Shown: piece after piece, positions 13,551 to 29,967 of the stretch
How positions within the stretch are numbered: position 1 is the stretch's first letter
Layout of the letters: each line of letters starts with the position of its first letter
Source of the DNA: Eledone cirrhosa
Lineage: Eukaryota
Assembly (NCBI GenBank): GCA_964016885.1
Contig: OZ024747.1
Span: forward strand, 80,910,001-80,974,000
Direction: 5' to 3'
Length of the DNA: 64,000 bases
Notes under the pieces: model-generated
What the model was told of the DNA's origin: nothing
Databases searched by the model: none
The model's input: only the letters and a program-made list of their open reading frames with translations
Position numbers and translations under genes: made by a program

Positions 13551-15910
13551 TTTAGGCACCCGGATAAACAGACAGACATGTAGTCGGATACTCACGTCTG
13601 TTCCCTCAGGAAGAAGATGCGGACTTCGACATAAAATGGAAAATCCTCGAAAAATCGATTCGATTCTTCTTAGACACCACGGCAGGGATAGTAAAATCTT
13701 TTAGTATTAAATCTTTTAGTTCCCGTTGTAGAGAAGGTGAACACGGATTATCTCTACCGGCTATCTCAAACTAACAATGGTGTAGCTTGCTTTGAATCTC
13801 AGAGGCTGCTGCTCGTAGAAAATGACGACCTAGAAAGAAGTATCCATAAATTTGAAACTTTTGTTATGAATTGATTGAGCAAAGTGTTTTGGGTGGTGAT
13901 CTAGTGGATGAGACAGTAGATATTACAAAAAGGTTGTGATATGCAGTTTGCTTATTCAGTAGATGCATTTTGAGATTTAAGCAGTTTAAGATGGTTTAGG
14001 TTGTTGAAGCTCTAAATATCTACTCAAATTACCAGCTTCCTCGAATCTGGATTTTACACTACACGGGTGAACGTGACATTTGCAATATAAAACATGTCAC
14101 AAAAGGTTGTTAATAGCACTTTATATGTCTATATTAATTATGAAATAGAAGAAAGAACTGATATGTATGCATGCATGTGTGTGTGTAATGATTCAAATGT
14201 TTGTGTCACCAAACCCACCACAGTTAGTATATTTCAAACTGGCAATAAATGTTGTTCTATCACACACAAAAACAAAATTCAATCTCGGCAACAACAATGC
14301 ATAACATTTTTCTGGAATCAATAACATTTGTCTATCAACTTGCAAAAAAAAAATGTGAAAGATTAAATAATATTTAAAATATTTAGCAATCACGAAATTC
14401 TGTTACTTTCCTTTCCTCTACTAAGCTTGTGAGATTTAACTATAATATTAATAGTGATTTATTACCATTTCTTCAACTATATGTACAAGGCCGCACATTT
14501 AGGGTAATGTGTAGTAGATCAGCTGGTCCAACCAAGGAAAGATGAAAGACAACCTCACTTTCTATAATATTTAAATCCAGACAGGGATATAACTAAATAT
14601 ACCAGAAGGAAATGTGTCTACCACACTATTAGATTTATTGAGAATATTGATATTAATATTGTCACAAGGTCATTGAATTATTAATAATATTGAAAAACCT
14701 GGACTATTTATTATAAATATAACACAATTCAGAACGATGAGTTACGATACATAATGCAAAGGTATGAAGTATGTTACACAAATGGGCATGGATATATAAA
14801 TATAAATGTATGAAGTACTCGTGCAATCTTCCATGGTTAGTAATCTTAACAGACATGGGGGTTAGCACCAGGATGAAATCTATAGTGACTTTGAGGAATG
14901 AGGTGATTAAACAGTCCTGGAGCGCTGTGATGCAAACGATATGACAGTTTGGAACACTAGCTTCAGGAAACCGATCATCCACCTCATTACTTACTATTTA
15001 GGCGAAATAAATAAATTTCATTATCACCGTAAAGCCGGAGAAACAGACTTGTGAGAGCTATATCTTTCCTTGATGAAAAATGTTAGACAGAAAGTTACAC
15101 GGACTATAGATTATTGACGTCAGAGTAAGAGTTAGCATCTTCGTTCTTGGCTAACTGCAATGTCTCCCACATCCTGTGGGTAGTTATACGTTAGCTCCAT
15201 ATAGAGTTTCTTCGTAAAGTATCCACCGTGGGGCCATGAATATTGACTAATAGGTTCGTGAACATTATTTCTATTCTCAGTAAAAAAAGAAATCTTTACA
15301 TAAGAGAAGAGAAGTGAAAGTGATAAATCATATATCCTCTAATTTTAATATTAAATATTTATTAATTAACGGAATTCAGAAAGTAAAATTAATCTGCCGT
15401 GCGTTACAATTCCTATGTAATTCTGGTGACATTTAAAAAAAGTCAATTTAATTAATATTTTCCCGGCGTGTTCGTTGTTGAAGTTGTTCGATGTTGAATG
15501 ATGTTAAGTAAAACTGGACATATTTCTTTTAACGAAAAGGTGATTCACATGTGACAATAAAATAGGAAGTAAAGGGATGGAAACAGACAAGTCATATATA
15601 TCAGGAAATTATATAATTCAAAGATTGATCGTGATGGTGTAGTATCGGCCAGGCCTGACGGTTCCACATGTTCGAAAAATGCAGATTGAGTAGACAGTAA
15701 TCTTAATTGTATTCATCTCAATTCCAAGTGATGTAAGAGAAATTGAGCAAAAAGGCAATGGGCCGTAACATGTTACATTCTCATATTGCGAGAAAGCTAT
15801 TCGAAATGTAATGGACCTAACGCAGAGAAATATAATTATAATCGATCTCTATAAAATGTAGTTGGGAACGACAAGGTAAATTAGCCATAGACATGGGAAA
15901 AGCGGACAGC

Positions 15911-15984
15911 GGCGCCTGTCAAGAATTGAACCTGGGATTTCTTGAATACTCGACTTGCGCGTTAACTATTTCGCTAAGGAGTCC
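15911..15984 (-). mobile_element. Degenerate tRNA-derived SINE head or tRNA pseudogene
   Basis: Minus strand tagcgaaatagtt (A-box-like) and ggttcaattc (B box); no clean cloverleaf. Confidence 0.35.
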
Positions 15985-16216
15985 CTGATCACTGATTACC
16001 GTCTTTTAGAAGATTTTAAGCCTGGAACTAGAAGTGTAAACATCTGGTTGATTTATGAAGCATCTGGATTATTGGAAATGCAATAGTCCCAACACAGATG
16101 ATAATAATGATAGTCTATCAATATATAGAGGTACCTTAACCGATTTTCAACTCACATTTATAGTGATGGAAGATTATAGTCATCTACGTTGCCACGACTA
16201 CATTTCAAAATGTTTC

Positions 16217-16422
16217 TTAACACTTTAGCATTTGCATTACTCTATACTTACTATTGCATTTTCGCCGTAAAGGCTTTACTTCACATACTTATCCCACATA
16301 ATATCGAATCTATGATATTTTGATATTATTTATTTTGAGAACAATACTTTACAGCCGGTTTGAACAGAAAAAGATGAGGGAATTCTGGCCAGATACGGCC
16401 GGTTTAAATGATAAAGAGTTAA
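16217..16422 (+). mobile_element. piggyBac-like MITE
   Basis: TTAA at both ends; imperfect TIR ttaacactttagcattt / aaatgataaagagttaa; second copy at 1-73. Confidence 0.65.
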
Positions 16423-16676
16423 GTGAACCGGTGTTTTATGTATGTAGATATATATCTTCTACAGTGTTCCATCTATCAAATTGCATTAACAAAGTGATGG
16501 TCAAACTGAAGGTTTAGCAGAGAGGGCCACACACTTCTTAACTACAATTGCCATACCTGCGCCTTTACAGCATTTTATACACGACTCTCTTGATTCTGCC
16601 TTCCACAAACATTTGAGCCTCTTTCACTCATAAAGCAACTGTTGATTGGATGTGTCTGTCTTTTTAAGGAGACATT

Positions 16677-17216
16677 TAATCGTTTCTACTTTTGGCACAA
16701 GGCCGGCAATTACCCCAGTGCATTACTGGTATTTTATTTTATCGACCTCGTAAGGATGAAAGGCAAAGTTAACGTCGGCGGGATTTGAACTCAGACTGTA
16801 AAGGGACGTAACTTTCCCCATAATAATTGTTTCTACTTTTGACACAAGGCCAGCAATTACTCCAGTGTATTACTGGTATTTTATTTTATCGACCTCGTAA
16901 GGATGAAAGGCAAAGTTAACGTCGACGGGATTTGAACTCAGACTGTAAAGGGACGTAACTATACTGGAAAGCATGGTCTTCGACCCTCTACCGCTACTGC
17001 CAATCCACCGCCCTGTAAGGAGATATATAATAATTGTTTCTACATTAGGCACAAGGCCAGCAATTACCCAGTGCATTACTGGTACTTTATTTTATCGACC
17101 CCGTAAGGATGAAAGGCAAAATCAACCTCGGCGTGATTTGAACTCAGGTCGTAAAGGGACGTAACTATGCTGGAAAGCATGGCGTCCGACCCTCTACCGA
17201 TACGGCCAATCCACCG
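16677..17216 (-). mobile_element. Tandem array of three tRNA-derived (Meta-like) SINEs
   Basis: Copies at ~16677-16815, 16822-17011 and 17030-17216; A box tggcagtagcggt, B box gagttcaaatcc; (ATT)n tails. Confidence 0.85.
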
Positions 17217-17442
17217 ATATATAATAATAATAATCGACAATTGTCTAAGACAATATATTTTTTCGTCCAATATATTTTATTTATTATAATTTCATTTTGA
17301 TTGTACAACTTACAGACGCTATCACATTACACACAGCTGGTCTACTTTTTCTAACAATATCATTGATAACATTTAATGGTGTTAAATGTAATGCAAAAGA
17401 TATATGATTAAAAATATAGAATTAGTAATAGTAGATCAAATC

Positions 17443-17528
<86 letters not shown>

Positions 17529-17540
17529 ATATATATATAC

Positions 17541-17584
<44 letters not shown>

Positions 17585-17604
17585 GTATATATATATATAT
17601 ATAC

Positions 17605-17657
<53 letters not shown>

Positions 17658-17890
17658 TATAATCTTTTCCTGGGTCCTGTATTTTCGTTGCTCTGGTAAT
17701 GCGGTCGGACTGCCGACTGCTATATCTGATTTGCTAAGCTGTCTAAACGTAATGTTATTACTCTGGGGTCTTACCTCATCTGAGTGCTAAAGATACAGAC
17801 CGATTATGCATACACGCTAGCTTGGCCGTATACTAAAGCTTCGTCAATGCTGTACTAAAATGTATATAATATATATATATTTATATATTT

Positions 17891-18389
<499 letters not shown>

Positions 18390-18550
18390 TGTGTGTGTGT
18401 GTGTGTGTTTGTATCATTAGTCAAAATGATACAATGATGATGATGATTATGTGGTGTCATAATATCGATGATGACAGGAATGATTGTAATGATGGATATG
18501 AAGACGACGATGATGATAATAATAATAATAATAATGATTTCTTAATAATA

Positions 18551-18650
18551 ATAATTGTTTCTACTTTTGGAACAAGGCCAGCAATTATCCCAGTGTATTA
18601 CTGGTACTTTATTTTATCGACCCCGTCAGGATGAAAGGCAAAGTCAACCT
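18551..18650 (-). mobile_element. 5'-truncated Meta-like SINE
   Basis: Same central block and tail as the full copies. Confidence 0.8.
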
Positions 18651-19715
18651 AATGCTTTCTTTATTAACCACAAGGGTTTATACAAAGTAGACATTAAGGA
18701 CAGTACAGGACAATACACGACGGTAGGATGGGGCATTTCTGCGTGTAAAAAAACCAAAAAACAGAGGATGTAATAATAGAACAATGAAGAAATTCCCCAA
18801 TAGGGGGGGGGGGAGACTTTCGAGGGACCCATTAAAAAGCCACAGTGACCCTGACCACCAGGGCAAGTGCCCTCTCCCAGTTTTCCACCCTTAATTTACA
18901 GACACATACTCAGAGTAGATCCATTCACTCGGGCCATTCTTGCCTCTCTCACCCATCTTTCAACAAAATGCTGGGAAGAGAGCACTTCCCTTTCTACCCT
19001 GATTTTCCTTTTCAAATAAAATTTGAAAAAGTTAATCAGGGCATCATCGAAGAGGTAAGTGCTCGTCTTCAGCCCTTTCAAACGTGTCCACCATACTATC
19101 TCTTTCGCCATGGCCACCAGACAGATAAAAACTGCCTGCCCTTCCCGGCTAAAGGAAGAGGGCGGGGCAATCCTCACGATGGACTCAGCTGATAGCTGGA
19201 TCTGTCGTACACGCGACAGCAGGTGTTCGACATAAACCCACAAGTCAGCAAAGCTCGGAAACTGGACGAGTGCGTGCAGGACGGTTTCGTCGCCCTGTGC
19301 GCATCTCGGACATGTCCTGCTGACGGCACCTCCATGCCTGTAGAGTTTATCCCGAACTGGCAAATCTCCTCGGTAGCACTGCCAGGCCAAACATTTCTGG
19401 AAGTTGTCCATAGGCCCCTGCCCGAAAGTTCTTCCGAAGAGATTGGCTAGTTGATTTTCGTCGACGCCTAGAGTTTCCCCAAGTACGTCGTCGCTCTTCC
19501 CCTCCACTAATCCTCTATAGAATGCCAAGGTGGAGTTTCCACCGATCACATTGCCCGATTGGTCGAGAACTGTGAGCGCCTGAAGACATTCCAGTCTCCA
19601 AGCGCTCCCTCTCGGTCTTCGCTTGACCCAGGACTGCAGCTCCGTCAAGGAGACGAGCTGGGGAAAGACGCGTCTAACAAGCGGCGACCACACCTGATCA
19701 CCGTCGAAGAAGAGG
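18651..19715 (-). mobile_element. Tx1/L1-like LINE subfamily B, 5'-truncated (ORF2 C-terminus plus 3' UTR)
   Basis: ORF 18896-19693 has a zf-RVT-like CPRC..ETVLHAL motif; paralogous to 24899-25690; 3' end cccttgtggttaataaagaaagc. Confidence 0.85.
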
Positions 19716-20389
19716 CACCAATATCCAATATTTAATATTTAATTTTGGATCAGAAATGTTATAGTTGAAAAGGAGGAAAATGGCAAAATGGCTAAATAGC
19801 TAAATAACTAAATGGCTAAGTGGACAGACAGAAAAATAATTTCACCACCAACACCACCACCACTAGCACGCTAAAAACTCTAGTCAAGTTACCTCAACTT
19901 CTATTTCTACTTCAACTTCAACACCATCACTACAGTACTACGATCACATCACCACCACCACTGCCTCATTATCGCTACCCCCGTTATTCTCTCCCAATAC
20001 CTCCTGCTAAGTACTACTAGCACAGCACCACCACCACCACCACCACTGCCTCATTATCACTACCGCCGCTATTCTCTCCCACTACCTCCTACTAAGACAT
20101 GCATCGTAGTGTCCCCACTAAAAGAGGAAGGCATCAAAAGATATAAATAGACTGATTTGATGACCCGGTCAAAAAATCAAAAAACCAAAAATCAAAATCA
20201 AAGCAACACAGCAACAACGAAAAACGTAAAGAAAAGAAAAATGAAAAGAAAAACAAACAGACAGACAGAGAAGGGAAGGGAAAAACTAAGTCAGACATTC
20301 AAACATTACATTACAATGAAACTTATGCTTATTCTTTTTTTTTTTTTTTTACGTATTTGTTTGTTTGTTTATTTATGTTCGTCTACAGC

Positions 20390-23300
20390 GTGATAGTGCC
20401 ACACAAAAATCACCGGGAGTGATGAAATCACCGGTGGTTATGTAACCATACAGTCACCAATCCTCGATAAGAGTGTTTAAATGTTGAACCTAAACAGTTC
20501 GAATAACGGTGAAGTGGAGACTGGAATGTCATGTGACAGACTCTCACCCAGCAGGTGCTCCCTGGCTCAGCAGCAGGGACCTGGCTGTCAACCAAATACT
20601 GCTGGTGTCGGAGGAAGAAGAAGAAGGAAATGGACCAGAACCAACTGGACGAAAGAATTGAATAGAACTGTTATGCAATGTTACCTGAAGAGTAACCCCA
20701 AGGAGAAAGGCAATAGGAAACGGATGCATAACATCTGGAACGAGATTGGTCTATTTAAATTAGATGAACAAAAATTGGCCGGGCAGGCTCGGGTAATAAG
20801 AACTAATGGGTGGATAAGCGAGCTGGAACTGGAGGAACTGAGCAGAGAGATTAGGTTGGAAATGGAGAGTGGAGTATGCCAGGCAAACGAGCCAGTGGGA
20901 AATGAAGGTGAAGCGGTTGAGAGAACGGAGGAATCATCCGAAGCAGACAATGATCTGAATGCTGAAATAAATAATACCTGGAACAAAGATACGGCCATTG
21001 AGGAGATGAATGCTGACGAGCTAGGACAAGATGTGGTTTATATCCTAAACTTAGTGGTAGATAAAATGAACAATAATAGTGGGAAACCTATGAACCTAAT
21101 ATTCGTAGAGAGGAAAAAGTTAAAAGAAACAACAGCTAAGGTAAACAAAGTCATCCCACACCTTGAGGCGAGGAGCCTTCACCGGTGCAACAATATCCTC
21201 AAAGCAACAGCAAATGCGGTGAGGAAATTACTTGGCATAAAAGCGAGAGGAAACAACAAACAAGAAAGATCAGAACCTTAGTGGAAGAAACGACTGAATG
21301 GTCAAATCAGGGAAATGAGAAATGACATTGGAAAGCTTGAGTCCCTACTGAATGGGACACTAAAAAACATAGACACTAAAAATAGACTGGAAATAAAGTA
21401 CGAAACTAGGAGGAAAAGGCTAAATATTATCATAGAGGAACTAAACAACGCATTGTAGCAAAGAGTGCAGAGTCAGTGAGTATAGACAGAACCGCATGTA
21501 TAGACAGAACCGCATGTTTGACAACAACCAGAAGATGTTGGTTGGATAGCTTGAAGGGAAAGAAAGAGGCAACGTCTTGATCCCTGAGGCGGAACAACCT
21601 AAGACATTCTGAAGGGGAATATGGGAGCAGGATGTTAAACATAATGACCAGGTAGTGTGGATTGAGACAGTACAAAAGGAGATTAGTGAACAGGCACAGC
21701 AACAAACTGATTTGAGTATCACAGTTGAAACTCCCAAGGGGCAGGCCAAAAAACCAACCAACTGGAAATCACCAGGCCCAGATAGTGTGCAGGGGTATTG
21801 GATTAAAAATGTAACATCCCTCCACCCGAAACTGACAACCATATCCAACGACTGCTTGATGTCAGGTGAGGTACCAGAGTGGTTGACAAAAGGTACCACA
21901 GTTCTGGTAATGAAAGACCGAATCAAGGGTAATGATGTTACCAACTATAGACCTATCACATGTCTGTCCGTAATGTGGAAACTGTTGACAAGCATTGTGT
22001 CTGAGGAAATCTACCATCACCTCCACACAAACAACTTGTTACCGGACGAACAGAAAGGATGCCGAAAGAAGTCCCGTGGTACAAATGACCAGTTACTTAT
22101 TGATAAGATGGTAATGAGGAATTGCAAGAGGAGACATACTGGTCTTGCCATGGGATGGATAGACTACAAAAAGGCATTTGACATGGTGCCTCATTCTTTG
22201 ATCACCAAAAGCCTAGAGATCTTCAAGGTGGCAGATAACATCAGACAGTTGTTGAGCAAACGTATGAAGTCCTGGAAAACAGAGTTAACATCAGCTGGAG
22301 AATCCTTGGGAGGCGTGAAGATCAAGAGAGGTATCTTCCAGGGAGATAGTTTGTCCCCTCTGTTGTTTGTCTTTGCCCTGATGTGAAAGGTGAGAGCAGG
22401 ATACAAGTTGGGAAAGGGATAGCTTACCATCAATCACCTCCTCTTCATGGACGATCTTAAGCTCTTCGGGAAGAGTGAGAAGGAGTTGGATGTGCTTGTT
22501 GACACTGTCCGTATTTTCAGCAATGATATATGTATGCAATATTAGTAAGTGTGGAGTCCTTGTGATGAAGAGGGGTAAATTGAGCAGAAGTAACGGAATC
22601 CAGGTACCAACAGGTGAGATGATAAAGGAAATTGACACTGAAGAAGGATACAAGTATTTGGGTATTCTGGAGGCTGATGACATCAAGAACATAAAAATGA
22701 AGGAATTGATAAGATCTGAATACATTCGGAGAGTAAGGAGCGTATTAAAATCACATCTGTACAGTAGGAATGCCATAAGTGTAGTAAATTCCCGAGCTGT
22801 GTCTATTATTAGGTACAGTGCGGGAATTATGAGATGGAATGTTGCTGAACAAAAAGAAATGGATTAGAAGATTAGGAAGCTACTGACTATCTACAACATG
22901 TTCCACAAGAGGAGTGATGTCGATAGACTCTACTTAAGGAGATCTGAAGGTAGAAGAGGTCTTATCAGCATAGAGGACTGTGTTCAGATGGAGAAAAACA
23001 ACCTACACAAATACGTGACCGATAGTAAGGAGCCAATGCTCAGAATTGTACTGAAGGAGAGGACAATAGACCAGGGGATGTCCAAGGAGGAAATAACAAC
23101 GAGAAGAAAGAGCAGCCTTAATGAAAAATCCCTTCATAGTATCTTTTTTGAGAAAACGGAATTCAGAGATCCACAGACATGGAACTGGTTGAGAAGAGGA
23201 GACCTTAAAAAGGCTACAGAAGGAATGCTAATGGGTGCGCAAGAGCAGGCCCTCAAAACGATGTGGCTGAAAGACCATATTTACAAGGAGGAGGCTAGCC

Positions 23301-23957
23301 CACTGTGCAGGATCTGTGAAGAGAGAGAGGAGTCTGTGGCTCACATTGTATCTGAGTGTAAACACCTAGCCCAGACTCACTATAAGGGCTGGAGACATGA
23401 TGTAATAGGCAGGGTGATCCACTGGCACCTATGCAAAGTAAACAATTTACCACATTCTGAGAAGTGGTATGAGCATAAGCCAGAGTCGGTGATAAAAAAC
23501 GATCAGGTGAAGGTGCTATGGGATTTTAGGATACAGACGGACAAGAAACTGGAACACAATAGACCTGACCTGGTGGTTTTGGACAAGGAAAAAAGATCGT
23601 GCCTGATTGTGGATGTGGCTTGCCCATTCGACACGAGAGTGCAAGAGAAGGAGAGGGAGAAAATTAACCGATACCAGGACTTAAAGTGGGAGGTAAAAAG
23701 GATTTGGAACTGCCATGAAGTCAAAGTCATAGGCGCACTAGGTACTATCTCAAAATGTTTCCAGGGATGGTTAAAGAAAATTGGCCCCGCCCCGCTTTTT
23801 GGAACTCTTCAAAAAGCATGCTTGCTGGGAACAGCAAGAACTCTCCGATACGACCTGAATATGTGAGGCTGCAGGTAGTCGCTTGATATTTATTTCAACA
23901 AACTTTCCAGTTAACTAACATCAATGACTGAGACTCAAAGAATAATAATAATAATAT
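20390..23957 (+). mobile_element. R4/Dong-like non-LTR retrotransposon family A, near full length, disrupted ORF
   Basis: RT motifs NYRPITCL, IDYKKAFD, GIFQGDSLSP, FMDD; CxxC..H..C zinc knuckle, RHD, RPDL..DVACP..EKINRY REL endonuclease; (AAT)n tail; stops and frameshifts. Confidence 0.92.
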
Positions 23958-23972
23958 TAAGGATAAACCGCC

Positions 23973-26025
23973 ATTCCGGACAGATCCATACACGACAAAC
24001 TCCACCTCATGCGATACATCATAGAGAGGGTGGTTAAGTAACCCAGCACGGGTGGGGCCCTGATCAACTTGAATCAATCCAAAGCATTGGATAGGGTCGT
24101 CCATCGGTACCTGGCGGCGGTCCTCGAGGCAGCCCGTTTCGGGCCCGTTGTACAGCTACATCTGCTCAGTCGTGAGGGTGAACGGTCACCTGTCGCAGCC
24201 GTTCAACATCATGCGCTCAGTCCGCTAGGGTTGTCCCCTCTCGTCCCTCTTGTACGTATTGGCTCTCGAGCCGTTACTGCACAAACTGGGGGCGATGAGG
24301 GGCGTCCCGTGCGAACTAGGATGCGGGACATCCGAGTTGGCTTACGCCGACGATGTCACCGTGGTCCTGTCGAGCACCAAATACGTCCAGATGCTCGGCA
24401 CCGCTCTCAAGGAATACGAAGCGGTGACAGGAGCAAAGATAAAACAGGAAAAGTCGGTGCGCTTGCAGCTCGGCACCTGGAGATGCAAGTCCTTGCCGTC
24501 CAACAGCGTCGTGGGGCGTTGGACGGACGGACCGGTTAAATTGCTCGGGATCTGGTTCGGACCGGACCTCCAGATGGTGAAAAATTGGAAGGAGGTGACG
24601 ACCAAGGTGGCCTCCCTCACCCAAAAATGGGTCGAGAGGAAGCTGTCCCTGAAAGGCCGGGCGGAGGTGGCGAATGCGTACATCGTATCCGTCATCTGCT
24701 ACCGCCTCACCGTCGTCCCTTGCCCCGCCCCAACTCTCACCAAATTGGAGCGCCTCCTCTTTCGCTTTTTGTGTAAGGGACGCGCTCCCATGGTCAGACG
24801 ATCCATCTGCTGTCAACACCCGTTGCGTGGAGGACTGGGAATGCCATGGCTGATGATGCGCAAACATGCGCTGAGGCTGCGACATCTCTGGTGCTTCCTT
24901 GATAGTGAACAGGTGTGGTCGCCATTCGCCATTCCCACAGCTCGTCTCCTTGACGGAGCTGCAGTCCTGGGTCAGAAAAAGACCGAGGGATAGCGCTTGG
25001 AAACTGGAATGTCTCCAGGCGCTCACTGCCCTCTGCCAGCTGGGCACCAGTATCGGTGGAACATCCACCTCGGCGTTCTATAGAGGACTAGTGGAGGGGA
25101 AGAGCGACGACATTCTCGGAGAGATCCTTGGCGTCGAAGAAGATCAGCTGTTTGCTCTCTTTCGGAGAACTTTCAGCTCAAGACCTATGGATAACTTCCA
25201 AAAATCCCTGGCCTGGCAGTGCTACCGTGGAGCGCTGCCGGTTCGAGATAAGCTCTACAGGCACGGAAGTGCCGTCAGCCGAGACTGTCCGAGATGCGCG
25301 CAGAGCGACGAAACCGTCGTGCACGTACTCGTTCAGTGCCCGAGCATTGCTGACTTGTGGAGCTATGTCGAACAGTTGCTGTCGCGTGTGGGACTGATCC
25401 GGTTGTCGACTGAGTCCATTGTGCAGGTGGTCTCGCCGTCTTCCTTCGAGGAGGAAGGGCAGGCGGTTTTCATCTGCCTGGTGGCCATGGCGAAAGAGAT
25501 TGTGTGGTGGACAAGGTGAAAAGGGTTAAAGACAGACACTTTCCTCTTCGGCGAATCCCTAATTAACTTTTTCAAGTTTCACTTGAAGAGGAAAATCAGG
25601 GTGGAGAGGCAAGTGCTGCCTTCTAGCAAGTTTGTTGAAAGGTGGGTGAATGTAGCGAGAATGGTCCGAGTGAATATACGTCTGTAGTTTGAGAAATGGA
25701 AAAATTGAGAGGACGCTTGCCCTGGTGGTCAGGGTGGCCGTGGTCTTTTGTGTGGTTTTCGCCACGAGTAACCCTCGGAGGTTTCCCCCCACCCCCTATT
25801 GGGGAATTTTTCATTGTTTCAATTTTCATTTTTATTGTTTATATATATGTTTCTATGTCCTTTTTTTCTTTTCTTATATAAATAATAAACATATTTACAC
25901 GCACAAAACCCACATCGTACCGTCCTGTACCGTCCTGTGCCGTCTGTAATGTTTTTCTTGATGTCAGCCCTTGTGGCCAATAAAGAAATCATTATTATTA
26001 TTATTATTATTGTTATTATTATTAT
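23973..26025 (+). mobile_element. Tx1/L1-like LINE subfamily A, 5'-truncated (RT to 3' end)
   Basis: LNQSKALDRV, *GCPLS, LALEPL, AYADDVT, LSLKGRA, GGLG, CPRC knuckle; AATAAA and (ATT)n tail. Confidence 0.9.
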
Positions 26026-27259
26026 TTTAGTTTTTATTTCATTATATATATTTTTTTACTTATATCTTTTTTTCCATTCGATGAATATTTCCCATTAATC
26101 AGTTATGTTTTGTGTTTATACAAAACTCCGCCATATTTGAAATGACTTTTTGTTTGGTTAACTGGAAATGGCTTCAAAATGAATGCAACACTTGACTGCT
26201 GTTTTCTCACTTTTATCCGGAAATGTTTTTGTGTGAGTGAGTGTGTGTGTATGTTTACATGTGTGTGTGTCTGTGTGTATGTATGCGTGTGTGTTTGCAT
26301 GTGTGTGTGTTTGCATGTGTGCGTGCATGTGTATGTGTGCATGTGTGTTTGTGTATGCGTGTGTGTGTGTGTGCATGTGTGTTTGTGTATGCGTGTGTGT
26401 GTGCATGTGTGTGCGTTGGTGTGTGTGTGTGTGTCTGTGCATGTGTGTTTGTGTGTGTTCTACACTAGCAGCTTCAGTAATGTGAAACTACTCGTCTACA
26501 GTTTAGAATGTTCTATTAGGGCTTTGATTCACATCATGGATGACAGAGCAGATGCGTATATTAGAATTTATTTACATTTGTATATGCTTACATGTGTTTA
26601 TTTGATGTATGTATGTGTGTTTGGCGGTCTAAATCACTCACCTGTCGTGTAAGTTGCTGTTATTGTTGTTTAGTCACAGGTTAGTGCTGGCTAAATGCAT
26701 CTAAGATCAATGTCTGTCACTATCTCCCCCCTTTTCAGACAGCTATTTAAGACTCCATTATTCAATGCACCCTTCTATTTTGTAACAGACAACGTATTAG
26801 GATGTGACTTCGGTCATATTAGGATGCTATTTCTAACAGTTCATGTAACTAGATAGGCCCCTGTCCAACTGTGTGTATATATATATGTATATATGTAAGT
26901 GAGTGCGTGTGCATGTCTGTGTGGAGGGGTGTGGGGGAGTAGTTATTTAGATATAAACCATACACTCCTGCACAAGTTCTTGATATTTGGTATTCTTTCA
27001 CTCAAAAGGCGTTGTTGCACTCTTCTTGCCACGAGACTATGAATACAATCAGGAATATCTTTCTTATCCTTTCATCCTACTACATCTGGCTTCAAGGGTG
27101 CTTGAACAACCCCGGGTAATTGCAACCTAGCACCCAAATCAACCCTTATATATCATGATTGGGCACATGTACTACTGTGGGAGATGATTTCTCGCTGTAA
27201 CTCCTCTCCATTGCCTCTGCTTCCACATTTATATTTTAACGCTTTCTTGTGTTGTGTTA

Positions 27260-27365
<106 letters not shown>

Positions 27366-27689
27366 GGTGGCTGCCAACTCGTTTTCGAGTACGGCGACTA
27401 CTTTATATTCATGTAGGAGAAGCCCTAGCGATGCGCTCTAACGAGTGTGACTTTTTAGTCCAGCCAGCGACTTGAAAACGCTGGTACAAACACTACACTT
27501 GTGACAATTATTGACACATAGTGCCGGGCCCATGGTAGCATGTGACGACAAGTGTAGAGAGATCTCCAGATATAAAGCAATGCCTGTGCCGTGAAGCTTT
27601 TATAGTGAGCAAAGGCACTGCACAAAGCCAGTCCCACTCTCTTAACCAAGATGATATTTACCAAAAAGAAGAACAAGTCAACATCATTG

Positions 27690-28012
27690 GATACCATCAG
27701 GGTTGCAGGTGTTATATCAGAGTTTTCCTTCTCTGTCAGGTCACCAGTTGGTGCTACTGGTAACATGTATCCCAGTACAACCTGTCCCATGGTCGGGTCG
27801 TTGGCGACTAAACTGGCAACCCACCAAGGTTTCTTGGTGAGGAGCGTGACTTTGGACATCCTGCAGGACTAAAAAGATAACCTGTCAAAGGAAAAGGAGC
27901 TCTTAAGAGTCAGTGGCCATCCAAAATCACCGGGAGAGATGACCCCTTAGCCTTTTTCAAATCAGAATTCTAGGAGAAGGAAAACACTGATTTAACACCT
28001 GCAACCCTGATG
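27690..28012. mobile_element. RTE-like 5'-UTR fragments in inverted orientation
   Basis: gagaaggaaaac.ctgat.taacacctgcaaccctgatg at 27974-28012 (+) and 27695-27733 (-); resembles RTE 5' UTRs (from memory). Confidence 0.4.
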
Positions 28013-28035
28013 ATATATATATATATATATATATA

Positions 28036-29836
<1,801 letters not shown>

Positions 29837-29861
29837 GCATATATATATATATATATTTATA

Positions 29862-29899
29862 TGCAAGCGTGGAACATGGACGTTAAACGATGATGATGA

Positions 29900-29903
<4 letters not shown>
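29862..29903 (+). mobile_element. RTE-type 3' tail stub with (GAT)n
   Basis: tgcaagc..ggaa.a.ggacgttaaa.gatgatgat matches the end of the RTE fragment at 41965-42196. Confidence 0.55.

Positions 29904-29967
<64 letters not shown>

Noticed and set aside
16677-17216. tRNA gene cluster
   Set aside because: A and B boxes are present but there is no cloverleaf; extended body and (ATT)n tail indicate SINEs.
20481-23866. Intact active R4/Dong ORF (any copy)
   Set aside because: All copies contain multiple stops or frameshifts.
24316-25068. Long antisense ORFs over Tx1 (also 51779-52321, 52690-53373)
   Set aside because: Shadow ORFs of GC-rich LINE coding sequence.
27455-27859. 134-aa ORF as a host gene
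   Set aside because: Overlaps RTE-like UTR repeat sequence; no recognisable domain or splice support.
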